Below are positions 1 through 8,689 of a stretch of 63,652 nucleotides of DNA, piece after piece. Source of the DNA: Clostridia bacterium (GTDB lineage Bacteria > Bacillota > Clostridia > TANB77 > CAG-508); NCBI GenBank assembly GCA_900754285.1, contig CAAECB010000046.1, positions 1 through 63,652 on the forward strand, read 5' to 3'. How positions within the stretch are numbered: position 1 is the first letter of the stretch; each line of letters begins with the position of its first letter. Under the pieces are notes generated by a model that ran no database searches, was not told where the DNA came from, and was given only the letters and a program-made list of their open reading frames with translations. A program made the translations under genes and the position numbers.

Positions 1-100
1 TAAAAAGTAAAAATAATATATATAATTTTTTAAAATTCACAATAAAACTCCTTTATAAAACAATTTTATATAATATATAACATTTTAACAAAAAATTCAA

Positions 101-193
101 GGTGTTTTCGGGGCCGGACTCAAAAAACACCTAGTGTTTTCGGGGCCAGAGCAAAAAAGCATTAATGTTTTTGGGACCAGAGCAAAAAAAATT
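101..193. repeat. Three direct copies of a ~30-nt GC-cored palindromic (REP-like) unit
   Basis: Copies at 101-131, 133-162 and 164-193 of a GGTGTTTTCGGGGCCGGACTCAAAAAACACC-like unit. The outer arms GGTGTTTT/AAAACACC are self-complementary. Related copies occur at 8478, 8538, 34784, 55417, 55684, 62165 and 62197. Confidence 0.85.
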
Positions 194-221
194 AAGTAAA
201 ATCAAAAGAAAGGGTGATAAT

Positions 222-911
222 ATGAAAGATTTAAATAAAAAACAAAAAATAATTTTGATAACAATAATTTCAATTTTATTAGGAGCAATAATATATTATG
301 TTTATGGAAAAGAAACACCAAGTATCAACCAAAATGAAATAATGCCATATGAAAACGAAACAAATGAAACAGAAGAAGAAAATACAATATTAACAAAAAT
401 ACAAAAAGAAGGAAACATAGAAAAAATAATAATATATATAACAGGTGCAGTAAAAAAAGAAGGAGTATATGAACTAGAAGAAGGAAGCAGAATTTCAGAT
501 GCTATAGAACAGGCAGAAGGGTTGAAAGAAGAGGCTGATACAAGCAACATAAATTTAGCCTATAAATTAGAAGATGGAATGAAAATAAAAATTCCAACAC
601 AAAAAGAAAATAAAAACACAAATATAGAAAATAATCAAGAAACATTTATTACACAAAATAGTGGACTAGAAACAGAACAAATACAAACAAATAGTCAAAT
701 TAATGAGAAAAAGCAAGAAAAAATTAATATAAATAAAGCCAATCAAGAAGAATTAGAAACTTTATCTGGCATAGGGCCTTCAATTGCTAACAAGATAATT
801 CAATATAGGAAGGATAATGGAAACTTTAAAAGCATAGAAGACATCAAGAATGTTAGTGGGATTGGAGAAAATAAATACAACGAAATAAAAAATAGCATTA
901 CAATAAAATAA
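222..911 (+). CDS. comEA: Competence protein ComEA (membrane-anchored, SLBB-like + tandem helix-hairpin-helix DNA-binding)
   Basis: N-terminal TM helix, IIIYITGAVKKEGVYELEEGSRISDAIEQAEGL segment, and C-terminal HhH pair (LSGIGPSIANKI, VSGIGENKY). The start is placed at ATG 222 (GGGTGA RBS) because 165-221 lies inside the repeat cluster. Confidence 0.85.
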   Translation: MKDLNKKQKIILITIISILLGAIIYYVYGKETPSINQNEIMPYENETNETEEENTILTKIQKEGNIEKIIIYITGAVKKEGVYELEEGSRISDAIEQAEGLKEEADTSNINLAYKLEDGMKIKIPTQKENKNTNIENNQETFITQNSGLETEQIQTNSQINEKKQEKININKANQEELETLSGIGPSIANKIIQYRKDNGNFKSIEDIKNVSGIGENKYNEIKNSITIK

Positions 912-1028
912 TATTAAAAAATAGAAATCCTCCAGAGAAATTGAAGGATTTCTAAAACTCATTATAAAGGTCTTTTGTATTTTTACTAAGTTTCTATAGT
1001 ATTTCTCATTAACAAATATGTTTATGAG

Positions 1029-1799
1029 TTACATTAAAAATGTTTGAGTATTAATCTCTTTTACATAATCAAGAAGATTAGCGAATATCTCATCATCATA
1101 ATATAATGGCTTATCCCATTCATACCAAATATCAAATGCAGATTCAGCTCCATCTTTTACCATTTGTTGAACTCTCTGACTTTTGAAAACAACATTATTT
1201 TCCTGCTCATTTAAAGGATTTTGACAACCCATATCTTGATAAACTTTTGCTTGAATATCTGCATCTAATTTATCACAATGATGAGCAAAAATTGCTTCTT
1301 TTGTCTTCTTATCATCAAATTCCAATAGTAAAGAATAAAACTCGTCTTTATTAATTAAGTCTCCAAGAACTTTTTTGATAGCTTCATGTTCTTTTTCCAT
1401 TTTTTCTTCAGGAGTAATATTATCAAATGGCGTAATATCTCCTATAACAACCTCTCCTAATTCATGGATAACAAGCATTTTAACCACCTTATTAATATCT
1501 AAATTTGTTTCGAATTCAGAATCAATACTTAATGCTAATATGCATGTACCATAAACATGTTCTGCTATGCTTTCAAGCCGTTCTTTATTGACATTCCAAT
1601 GAATTTTATCCCAACCACTTCTTATTTTATATTTAAGTTGTGTAGCTAAAAGATAAAAACTCATTGTATCAGCCAGTCTTTTTTCTTGGCTTTTATTTGA
1701 TGTTTGTGTTTTATATTTTTGGTTTGATATTACAATAAAAATGATCCCAATAATAAGCCAACAGGTTCCGCCCCCGATAAATAAGAGATTTTTAATCAT
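1029..1799 (-). CDS. HD-domain phosphohydrolase (YfbR/HDDC2-like 5'-deoxynucleotidase family) with N-terminal TM helix
   Basis: HD-superfamily motifs AEHVYG, HELGEVVIGDITP and HHCDKLDA. AAGGAGG RBS upstream of the ATG. Confidence 0.7.
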   Translation of the reverse strand: MIKNLLFIGGGTCWLIIGIIFIVISNQKYKTQTSNKSQEKRLADTMSFYLLATQLKYKIRSGWDKIHWNVNKERLESIAEHVYGTCILALSIDSEFETNLDINKVVKMLVIHELGEVVIGDITPFDNITPEEKMEKEHEAIKKVLGDLINKDEFYSLLLEFDDKKTKEAIFAHHCDKLDADIQAKVYQDMGCQNPLNEQENNVVFKSQRVQQMVKDGAESAFDIWYEWDKPLYYDDEIFANLLDYVKEINTQTFLM

Positions 1800-1909
1800 A
1801 AATTTTCCTCCTTAAAATATTAATTTTGTTATAAGTGCCTATATATCAACCTGAAAAACAGGATAAAAAAATTAATTAGCGAAACGCTAAATTTATACAA
1901 AGATTATAC

Positions 1910-2295
1910 CATGAATTTTTAGAAAAATCAAATAAAGAAGAAAAGTAAACATAAAATAAAAAAGGAAGAAACAGAAAAATTTAACAAAACTTGTTTTTTG
2001 TTTATTAGAAAAAAAGATGATAAACTGATAGGATGACAAATATTAGAATGTGCAAAGATATAAATATGGACATATAGGATATTCAATTAGACCGACAGAA
2101 CGTAATAAAGGGGATGGAAAAATACAAATGTATTTAGCTTTAAAAGAACTAGAAAAAGTTGGGATTGAAACATGCCAAATAAACTGTGAAAATAACAATA
2201 ATATTTCAAGAAAAGTAATAAATTCATTGGGAGGCGTTTTTGAAAAAAGCATTGACAACGAAGAATATTATTTGATAGATATAAAAAAACTATAA
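1910..2295 (+). pseudogene. Degraded GNAT acetyltransferase (COG3981-like) remnant
   Basis: The 2050-2295 ORF encodes only the C-terminal GNAT core (GHIGYSIRPTERNKGDG...NNISRKVINSLGGVFEK). Upstream frames hold stop-interrupted fragments (HEFLEKSNKEEK*, KKDDKLIG*) that resemble the missing N-terminal part. Confidence 0.55.
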
Positions 2296-2336
2296 AATTT
2301 ATGTTATAATAGCAATATTAGATTAAAGAATGAAAG

Positions 2337-3014
2337 GTGATTACAATAAAGAGACTAAACATATTTGTAGATGAAAGCGGAGATTTTGGATTTGTAAATG
2401 GCAGCTCAGATTTATATGCAGTTTCATTTACATTGCATGAAAGTTCCAATTCAATACAAACGGAATTAAAATATCTTAATGAAAAATTAACTATGCTTAA
2501 TTATGATGGAATGATACATTTAGCATACCTTATTGCTAAAAGAGGAGATTACTCTCATTTCAATTTTGAACGAAGAAAAGGCATATTTTGGGCAATATTT
2601 TATTTTTCAAGTAGAGTAAAAGCAAAAATAAAAACAGTTATAGTAGACAAAAAATATATAAACAAAAAAATGCAACTTAATATGGCTTTAGCAAGAGAAA
2701 TAGGTCAATTTATCAATGATAATAGAGATTACTTAGAATCATTCGATAAAATTGTTATTTATTATGATAATGGACAAGAAACATTAGCAACTATACTAGA
2801 TACACTTTTTGCCACAAATCCAAAAGTAGAAAGAAGAATAGAATTTGACCATACTAAAAAGCGATTATTTCAGGTTTCAGATATGCTAACTGTGATTGAT
2901 AAATTAGACTATAAAAGAAAAAATAATATTCCATTTACAAAAGCTGAAAAATATTTTTTCAATGGTAAAGATTTTAGACATATTATAAACTTGTTAAAGA
3001 ATAAAAGATTATAA
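2337..3014 (+). CDS. DUF3800-family protein
   Basis: N-terminal LNIFVDESGDFG (the DESG motif typical of DUF3800). GTG start with a weak RBS. Confidence 0.55.
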   Translation: MITIKRLNIFVDESGDFGFVNGSSDLYAVSFTLHESSNSIQTELKYLNEKLTMLNYDGMIHLAYLIAKRGDYSHFNFERRKGIFWAIFYFSSRVKAKIKTVIVDKKYINKKMQLNMALAREIGQFINDNRDYLESFDKIVIYYDNGQETLATILDTLFATNPKVERRIEFDHTKKRLFQVSDMLTVIDKLDYKRKNNIPFTKAEKYFFNGKDFRHIINLLKNKRL

Positions 3015-3038
3015 TAAATATTATGGAGGAAAATGAAG

Positions 3039-3131
3039 ATGGAAAATAACTATCCAAAGGCATATAAAGAAGTTATGGAGATATTAAATTTTATACAAAA
3101 AGAACAAGATTTTCAACAAAGCATTGATTAA
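3039..3131 (+). CDS. Small hypothetical ORF (30 aa)
   Basis: GGAGG RBS about 9 nt upstream of the ATG. Translates as MENNYPKAYKEVMEILNFIQKEQDFQQSID and is followed by the terminator at 3146-3172. No homology recognised. Confidence 0.3.
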   Translation: MENNYPKAYKEVMEILNFIQKEQDFQQSID

Positions 3132-3145
3132 TGATGAGATATAAT

Positions 3146-3172
3146 AAAAGCCATTCGTTTGAATGGCTTTTT
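3146..3172 (+). terminator. Rho-independent terminator
   Basis: AAAAGCCATTC-gttt-GAATGGCTTTT hairpin followed by a T-run. Confidence 0.7.
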
Positions 3173-3346
3173 CTAACGCTTAGCATTAGCTCGGGTCAGG
3201 TCCTAATCTAGCAAACTATTTCAGACCTAGTAGAATTTCTATCTACAATATATAGTATTCCTTAATTTCTTTAATTATACACTAAATTTTTGAAAAAGTA
3301 TATAGTTTTATCAAAAAATTTAAAAATTATATATGTATTTTTGTAT

Positions 3347-3376
3347 CTAAAAAAACTACCTATTGAATAGGTAGTT
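3347..3376 (-). terminator. Rho-independent terminator of the tRNA gene
   Basis: On the minus strand, AACTACCTAT-tca-ATAGGTAGTT followed by TTTTTTT, a few nt after the tRNA CCA end. Confidence 0.7.
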
Positions 3377-3381
3377 CATTT

Positions 3382-3457
3382 TGGTTGCGGGGGTAAGACT
3401 CGAACTTACGACCTTTGGGTTATGAGCCCAACGAGCTGCCAACTGCTCCACCCCGCG
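3382..3457 (-). tRNA. Initiator tRNA-fMet (anticodon CAT)
   Basis: The reverse complement reads CGCGGGGTGGAGCAGTTGGCAGCTCGTTGGGCTCATAACCCAAAGGTCGTAAGTTCGAGTCTTACCCCCGCAACCA. It has the C1:A72 mismatch, three G-C pairs closing the anticodon stem (GGG/CCC), a CAT anticodon and an encoded CCA. Confidence 0.93.
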
Positions 3458-3471
3458 ATGTAACAATTATT

Positions 3472-3500
3472 ATTATAATGCCAAATAACAAATTTGTCAA
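3472..3500 (-). promoter_or_regulatory. Sigma-A-type promoter for tRNA-fMet
   Basis: The minus strand reads TTGACA-17 nt-TATAAT, ending about 14 nt upstream of the tRNA 5' end. Confidence 0.65.
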
Positions 3501-3665
3501 TACATTTTCGAAAAAAACACAAAAACAATGGAAAAAAATTCCAAAGTAAACTTGAAATACTATAAAATTAATGATATAATAAAATATATTAACATAAAAA
3601 AATCACGTCTCAGACATATAAGAAAGAGAAAAGTTTATTTTGATTAAAGACAGGAGGAAAAGAAA

Positions 3666-4793
3666 ATGCATTACTATACAATGACAACATTTTTAGCACT
3701 ATCAATACTTATAGTATTATTGATAGTAATATCATCAAGTGTAAACTTTAGCAAAAAATCTCGGAAAAGATTAAAAATCGCATATTCATTTGCAATAATA
3801 GGAACCATATGTGAATGGATAGGAATTCTTTTAGAACAAAAAGTACTAAAAAGTACAGAAATGCTACAATCAATAATAATATTAACTAAGGTATTAAAAT
3901 TCTGCATAGTACCAACAATTCCAATATTTGTATCACAAGCTGTTTTTGAAAAAAGAACCAAATCGAAAATCAGCCAAAAGATATACAAAATTTTGAAAAC
4001 ATATATTAACCTATATGAAATTGTAATCATTACAGGATTTTTCGAATACAAAATAGGTTCAAACTATGCTATAATATATGATATATATGTTATAAGTTTT
4101 ATTATTGCAACATTATATATGTTCATAAATGCATTTGCATTTTGCAAATATTATCAAAGCAAAAATGAGATGGAATTATTTGCAATAATAATATTCATAA
4201 CAATATGGGTAATAACGCAATTGCTAAATCCTAATGTAGAATTTCTATGGCTTTTAATAGCTATATCAGGAACATTTGTATATATTTATTATAATGGAAT
4301 TATTCAAAATATAGACGACTTAACAGGGTTATTGAATAAAAGAAGTTTTAATAAATATAAAAACAATGTAGAGGAAGAAAAAGTATCATTAATAGTATTT
4401 GATGTCAATGATTTCAAGCTAATAAATGATACATATGGACATAGCGAAGGAGATAGAATTCTTACAGAAGTAGCAAAGATACTGAAAGAATACTATCAGG
4501 AATATGGAAGAGTATACAGAATTGGAGGAGATGAATTTGCAGCAATAATAGAAAAAAGTACTGATAAAAGCGAAATAGAAAAAATAGCAACGAGATTTAA
4601 AGAAAAAGTAGAAGAAAGAAATGGACAATTGAAAAATGAAAAAAAGCTAGAAATTCCACGGATATCTTATGGGATTTCGGTTTATAATCCAAAAAATAAT
4701 CTTGAACACAGCTTTGAAGATGTAATAAATGAAGCTGATGAAGAAATGTATAACTACAAAAAAAGATATAAAAATCAAAATAAACAACAGTGA
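3666..4793 (+). CDS. Membrane-bound diguanylate cyclase (GGDEF domain)
   Basis: About 210 aa of multi-TM N-terminus, then a GGDEF domain (LIVFDVNDFKLINDTYGHSEGD, YRIGGDEFAAI). AGGAGG RBS. Confidence 0.85.
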   Translation: MHYYTMTTFLALSILIVLLIVISSSVNFSKKSRKRLKIAYSFAIIGTICEWIGILLEQKVLKSTEMLQSIIILTKVLKFCIVPTIPIFVSQAVFEKRTKSKISQKIYKILKTYINLYEIVIITGFFEYKIGSNYAIIYDIYVISFIIATLYMFINAFAFCKYYQSKNEMELFAIIIFITIWVITQLLNPNVEFLWLLIAISGTFVYIYYNGIIQNIDDLTGLLNKRSFNKYKNNVEEEKVSLIVFDVNDFKLINDTYGHSEGDRILTEVAKILKEYYQEYGRVYRIGGDEFAAIIEKSTDKSEIEKIATRFKEKVEERNGQLKNEKKLEIPRISYGISVYNPKNNLEHSFEDVINEADEEMYNYKKRYKNQNKQQ

Positions 4794-4797
4794 TTTG

Positions 4798-4826
4798 AAA
4801 AGAGGATTCTAGTAGAATCCTCTTTT
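4798..4826 (+). terminator. Rho-independent terminator
   Basis: AAAAGAGGATTC-tagta-GAATCCTCTTTT, starting 5 nt after the stop codon. Confidence 0.75.
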
Positions 4827-4887
4827 CAGTTTGACGAATTAATAATATTTATGGTACAATAAAAAATAGGCAGAGGAGGAGAAAAAT

Positions 4888-5736
4888 ATGAATGTACAAT
4901 TACCAAAAGAATATAAAGTAAGAAAAAGAGATATCGTAATATATACAATATGTATAATAATATGTGTTGTAGCATTAACAGTAGCAGTAACAGTACAGGT
5001 ATTAGGAGAAAATGTAACAAACAAAGTCTTTCATGCAAATAAATTACAAATAGCCTCAGAAGAAGAACAAGTAAAATTAAGAACAGATTTTGAAAATATG
5101 TTCACAAATGAATTTACAGGTCATATAGAAAATGCAGAAAAAAAGGATGAAAGCAAAAATTTTGTATATACAACATATGAAAATCAAGACACAGTACAAG
5201 GAAATTATACATTAGATGTACATATTCCAAATTTTAATATAAAAGATGAAACTCTAGAACAAATAAATAACAAAATAACAACAGAATATAAGCAAAAAGT
5301 TAATCAGATACTAAACAATAATGGAAGTCAAATTATATATTCAGTTGAATATAATTCATATGTAGAAAATGATATATTATTTTTAATAATAAGATCAAAT
5401 TTAAAAGAAAGCAATAATGCACAAAAACAAATGATATATACATATAATTATGATTTAAAAAATAAAAAAGTAATAGATATAAATGATGTAATAGAAAAAT
5501 TGAAATACAATAAAAATGATGTAGAAAAAGCAATACAAAATTATATAGAAATACAAGAAAACAATTCAAAAAGCTTAAAAAATTTAGGATATGGAATTTA
5601 TGTTAGAAATAGTAAAGACAACATGTATAAAATTGAAAATACAAAACAATTTTTTATAAAAAATGGAAAATTATATATAATATATCCATATGGAAATACT
5701 ACGGCAACAACAGAAATGGACATAGTTATAATATAA
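4888..5736 (+). CDS. Membrane-anchored DUF3298-like (RsiV/PdaC-N-like) protein
   Basis: Single N-terminal TM helix. The C-terminal pattern (IYTYNYDLKNKKVIDINDV ... GKLYIIYPYGNTTATTEMDIVI) resembles DUF4163/DUF3298 domains. Strong GGAGGAG RBS. Confidence 0.45.
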   Translation: MNVQLPKEYKVRKRDIVIYTICIIICVVALTVAVTVQVLGENVTNKVFHANKLQIASEEEQVKLRTDFENMFTNEFTGHIENAEKKDESKNFVYTTYENQDTVQGNYTLDVHIPNFNIKDETLEQINNKITTEYKQKVNQILNNNGSQIIYSVEYNSYVENDILFLIIRSNLKESNNAQKQMIYTYNYDLKNKKVIDINDVIEKLKYNKNDVEKAIQNYIEIQENNSKSLKNLGYGIYVRNSKDNMYKIENTKQFFIKNGKLYIIYPYGNTTATTEMDIVII

Positions 5737-5740
5737 AAAG

Positions 5741-5769
5741 AAAAAAGAAGTTTTAGAACTTCTTTTTTT
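5741..5769 (+). terminator. Rho-independent terminator
   Basis: AAAAAAGAAGTT-ttag-AACTTCTTTTTTT hairpin. Confidence 0.7.
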
Positions 5770-5840
5770 CTTTTTGAAAATAAAAGGGGATGTTTTTAAT
5801 TTTAAATCAGTATCTCTAACTGATTATGTATGTATTATAA

Positions 5841-5970
5841 AATACAAATTTGTCCATTTTGTGAACTCAAAGTGAAAAAATAGAAAAGTTTTTTAAGTCT
5901 AAGTCTTTGTTTGCGTTCGAAATTTACCTTACAAATTTAAGTTCTAGGAAGTTAGAAAAATTGCCTAGAA
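5841..5970 (-). repeat. Third, degenerate and inverted copy of the ~95-nt intergenic element with its TTCTAGG/CCTAGAA hairpin
   Basis: AAGTCTTTGTTTGCGTTCGAAATTTACCTTACAAATTT aligns with the reverse complement of 58433-58475. It is followed by the hairpin TTCTAGG..CCTAGAA (5942-5970), matching the hairpin at 58378-58414. Confidence 0.35.
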
Positions 5971-5972
5971 TT

Positions 5973-5998
5973 AAAAAAACCAGCATGCAGCTGGTTTT
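5973..5998 (-). terminator. Rho-independent terminator of htrA
   Basis: On the minus strand, CCAGC-tgcat-GCTGG followed by TTTTTTT, immediately after the stop codon. Confidence 0.7.
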
Positions 5999-6001
5999 AA
6001 G

Positions 6002-7294
6002 CTAAGGTTGTTCACCTAAAGTCAAAGTCAATTCTTTTTCTTGACCATTTCTATTAACTTTAACATTCATTTCATCACCAATTTTGTGAGAGTTTTTAAT
6101 TTTATTTAAATCATCCATTGTAGAAACTTTTGAACCATCAGCCTCAATAATTACATCACCAGCTTTAATTCCAGCTTTTTCGCCACTTGAAAAATCTTCA
6201 ACACTTTTAACATAAACACCAGTAACTAAATTATAAGTTTTAGCTGTTTCCTCATTTAAATCAATACCAGTAATACCAATATATGGTCTTTTAACTTTAC
6301 TATATTGAATTAATTGAGAAGTAATATCAGTTGTAGAATTTATAGGAATAGCAAATCCCATACCCTCAATACCAGTACCAGAAAGTTTTAAAGTATTAAT
6401 ACCAATAACTTTACCTTCACTATTAACTAAAGCACCACCACTATTACCAGAATTTATAGCAGCATCAGTTTGAATAAGAGTATATTGTTTACCATCAGAA
6501 TCAGTAACCTCTCTATTAACAGCACTTACAATTCCACAAGTAACACTACTTTGCATACCTATAGGATTACCAACAGCCATAGCAAATTCACCAACTTTAA
6601 TAGAATCAGAATCAGCAAATTCAGCTTTAGATAAACCAGTTTTCTCAATTTTAATAACAGCCAAATCAGTTTGTTCATCTTTACCAACTATTTTAGCTTC
6701 ATATTCAGTATCATCATTAAATAAAGTAACAGTTAATTTACTAGCCTCTGAAACTTGATAATAAGAACTATTGCTATTACTACTACTTGTGCTACTAGAA
6801 ACAACATGATTATTAGTTAAAATATAACCATCTTCACTAATAATAATACCAGAACCTGTAGCAGTTGCAGTACTTGAAGCAGATTTACCAAAAATTTGCA
6901 ACATAGAATTATTTACAGTATACTCTAATTTAATACCAACAATAGAAGGTAAAATTTTATTAGCAGCATACACTGCAGTATCAGAATAATTAGATAAATT
7001 AATTTGAGATACATAACCATTGTTACTAGAAGTAGATGATGATGTATTATTAATAATAGTGTTAGAAGTATTGTTTAAAATTTTAGAACGAATAGATGGA
7101 ACTCCAAAACATGTTCCAATCACAACAACACAACCAATAACACCGCTACAGAAAGGCAAAACAACACTTCTACCAAAACCAGATTTTGATTTTTTAGTGT
7201 TATACATGCTTGAATTAGTAACAGCTTTAAAATTAGTATTTTTTTTCTCTTTTACATCTTTTATAGGTGTATTCTCATTTTTGTTTTCTTCCAT
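6002..7294 (-). CDS. htrA: HtrA/DegP-family serine protease with PDZ domain
   Basis: TM anchor, trypsin-like core with His (LTNNHVV), Asp (DLAVIKI) and Ser (GNSGGALVN) motifs, and a C-terminal PDZ (GVYVKSV...AGIKAGDVI). GGAGG RBS. Confidence 0.9.
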   Translation of the reverse strand: MEENKNENTPIKDVKEKKNTNFKAVTNSSMYNTKKSKSGFGRSVVLPFCSGVIGCVVVIGTCFGVPSIRSKILNNTSNTIINNTSSSTSSNNGYVSQINLSNYSDTAVYAANKILPSIVGIKLEYTVNNSMLQIFGKSASSTATATGSGIIISEDGYILTNNHVVSSSTSSSNSNSSYYQVSEASKLTVTLFNDDTEYEAKIVGKDEQTDLAVIKIEKTGLSKAEFADSDSIKVGEFAMAVGNPIGMQSSVTCGIVSAVNREVTDSDGKQYTLIQTDAAINSGNSGGALVNSEGKVIGINTLKLSGTGIEGMGFAIPINSTTDITSQLIQYSKVKRPYIGITGIDLNEETAKTYNLVTGVYVKSVEDFSSGEKAGIKAGDVIIEADGSKVSTMDDLNKIKNSHKIGDEMNVKVNRNGQEKELTLTLGEQP

Positions 7295-7471
7295 TTGAAA
7301 GACCTCCTAAAAAATAATTTATATTTATAATATCTAAACTATAAATAGAATACAATAGTTTTGTGAAAATTTTGTGAAAAAAATGTTATAATTTAGTTAT
7401 TATTTAAAAAAGAAAATACACATAAAGCAAAAAGTCTACATAAAATATAACAAAAAGAAAAGGAGGTCAAT

Positions 7472-8470
7472 ATGAAAAAGAGAACACTTATATATGTAAT
7501 AACAATATTAGTAATCATATTATTAGCAATAATAATGCAAGTAATTACTAATAAAAAAGAAACAAAAGAAAATGAAGAATTAACAAAAGTCAAAGTAAGT
7601 GAAGTCACACGTTCAGTATTTTACGCACCACAATATGTAGCAATAAACAATGGATACTTCAAAAAATATGGAATAGACATAGACTTAACAACAGGAGGAG
7701 GAGCAGACACAGTAATGACGGCAGTACTTAGTAATCAAGTAGAAATAGGATTTGCAGGACCAGAAGCATCAATATATGTATATAACGAAGGAAAAGAAGA
7801 TTATTGCCAAGTATTTGCGCAAATGACCAAAAAAGACGGCTCATTTTTAGTAGCCAAAACAAAAACAGAAAACTTTAACTGGCAAGACTTAAAAGGAAAA
7901 ACTGTAATACCAGGCAGAAAAGGAGGAGTACCATATATGACACTAGAATATGTACTAAAGAAAAATGGTATAAATCCGCAAACAGACTTAAATCTAGATG
8001 ACAGTATAAAATTTGACTTAATGGCAGGAGCCTTTACAAGTGGAACAGCAGAATATGTAACATTATTTGAACCAACAGCATCATTAACAGAACAACAAGG
8101 AAAAGGATATATAGTAGCATCAGTAGGAAAAGAAGCAGGAGAAATTCCATATACTGCATATTTTGCTAAAAAGAGCTACATTGAAAAAAATCAAGAACTA
8201 GTAAAGAATTTCACAAAAGCAATAGCAGAAGGAGAAAAATGGGTAAGTGAACACAGTGCAGAAGAAATAGCAAATGTGATAATAGACTTTTTCCCAGGCA
8301 CAGAAAAAGAGCTTATAAAAACAGCGGTACAAAGCTATAAAGATATAGATGCATGGAATACAACACCAGAATTAAAAGAAGAAAGTTTCAACAGACTTCA
8401 AGAAGTAATGATATTAGCAGGAGAATTACAAAATAAAGCACCATATGATAAAATTGTAAATTGCCAATAG
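7472..8470 (+). CDS. ABC-transporter substrate-binding protein, NMT1/THI5 (NitT/TauT) family
   Basis: Signal anchor followed by an SsuA/NMT1-like pattern (FYAPQYVAINNGYFKKYGIDIDL, GGADTVMTAV). No adjacent permease or ATPase gene. Confidence 0.65.
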   Translation: MKKRTLIYVITILVIILLAIIMQVITNKKETKENEELTKVKVSEVTRSVFYAPQYVAINNGYFKKYGIDIDLTTGGGADTVMTAVLSNQVEIGFAGPEASIYVYNEGKEDYCQVFAQMTKKDGSFLVAKTKTENFNWQDLKGKTVIPGRKGGVPYMTLEYVLKKNGINPQTDLNLDDSIKFDLMAGAFTSGTAEYVTLFEPTASLTEQQGKGYIVASVGKEAGEIPYTAYFAKKSYIEKNQELVKNFTKAIAEGEKWVSEHSAEEIANVIIDFFPGTEKELIKTAVQSYKDIDAWNTTPELKEESFNRLQEVMILAGELQNKAPYDKIVNCQ

Positions 8471-8477
8471 GCGAGGT

Positions 8478-8565
8478 GGTGTTTTCGGGGCCGGACTCAA
8501 AAAACACCTTAGCAAATTTTGTGGATAAAACATTAGTGCTTTTTTGCTCCGGCCCCAAAAACATC
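8478..8565. repeat. Inverted pair of the ~30-nt REP-like unit
   Basis: GGTGTTTTCGGGGCCGGACTCAAAAAACACC (8478-8508) and its relative in reverse orientation, TGCTTTTTTGCTCCGGCCCCAAAAACATC (8538-8565), separated by about 29 nt. Confidence 0.85.
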
Positions 8566-8689
8566 AAGAAATATTTGTAGAAAAATAGGAGGTTTTGTCG
8601 AATATATTGTAAAAAAGGTAAAATTATGTTAATATAAAATTAATTTGTGAGATTTTTAGAAAAACGAAAGGTAATAGAAAGGAGAAAAA

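Noticed and set aside
165-221. Upstream extension of the comEA ORF (MFLGPEQKKLSKIKRKGDN).
   Set aside because: The extension lies inside the third REP-like repeat copy. ATG 222 has an RBS and yields a normal TM-anchored ComEA N-terminus.
1800-3381. Intact genomic island or prophage integrated at tRNA-fMet.
   Set aside because: No integrase, recombinase or phage structural genes are present, and no direct repeat of the tRNA 3' end was found. It is reported only as a degraded accessory patch.
7295-7471. TPP or other riboswitch upstream of the NMT1/THI5-like binding-protein gene.
   Set aside because: No conserved riboswitch core (e.g. CUGAGA with G-rich helices) is present. Only promoter-like AT-rich sequence with a TGTTATAAT extended -10 box was found.
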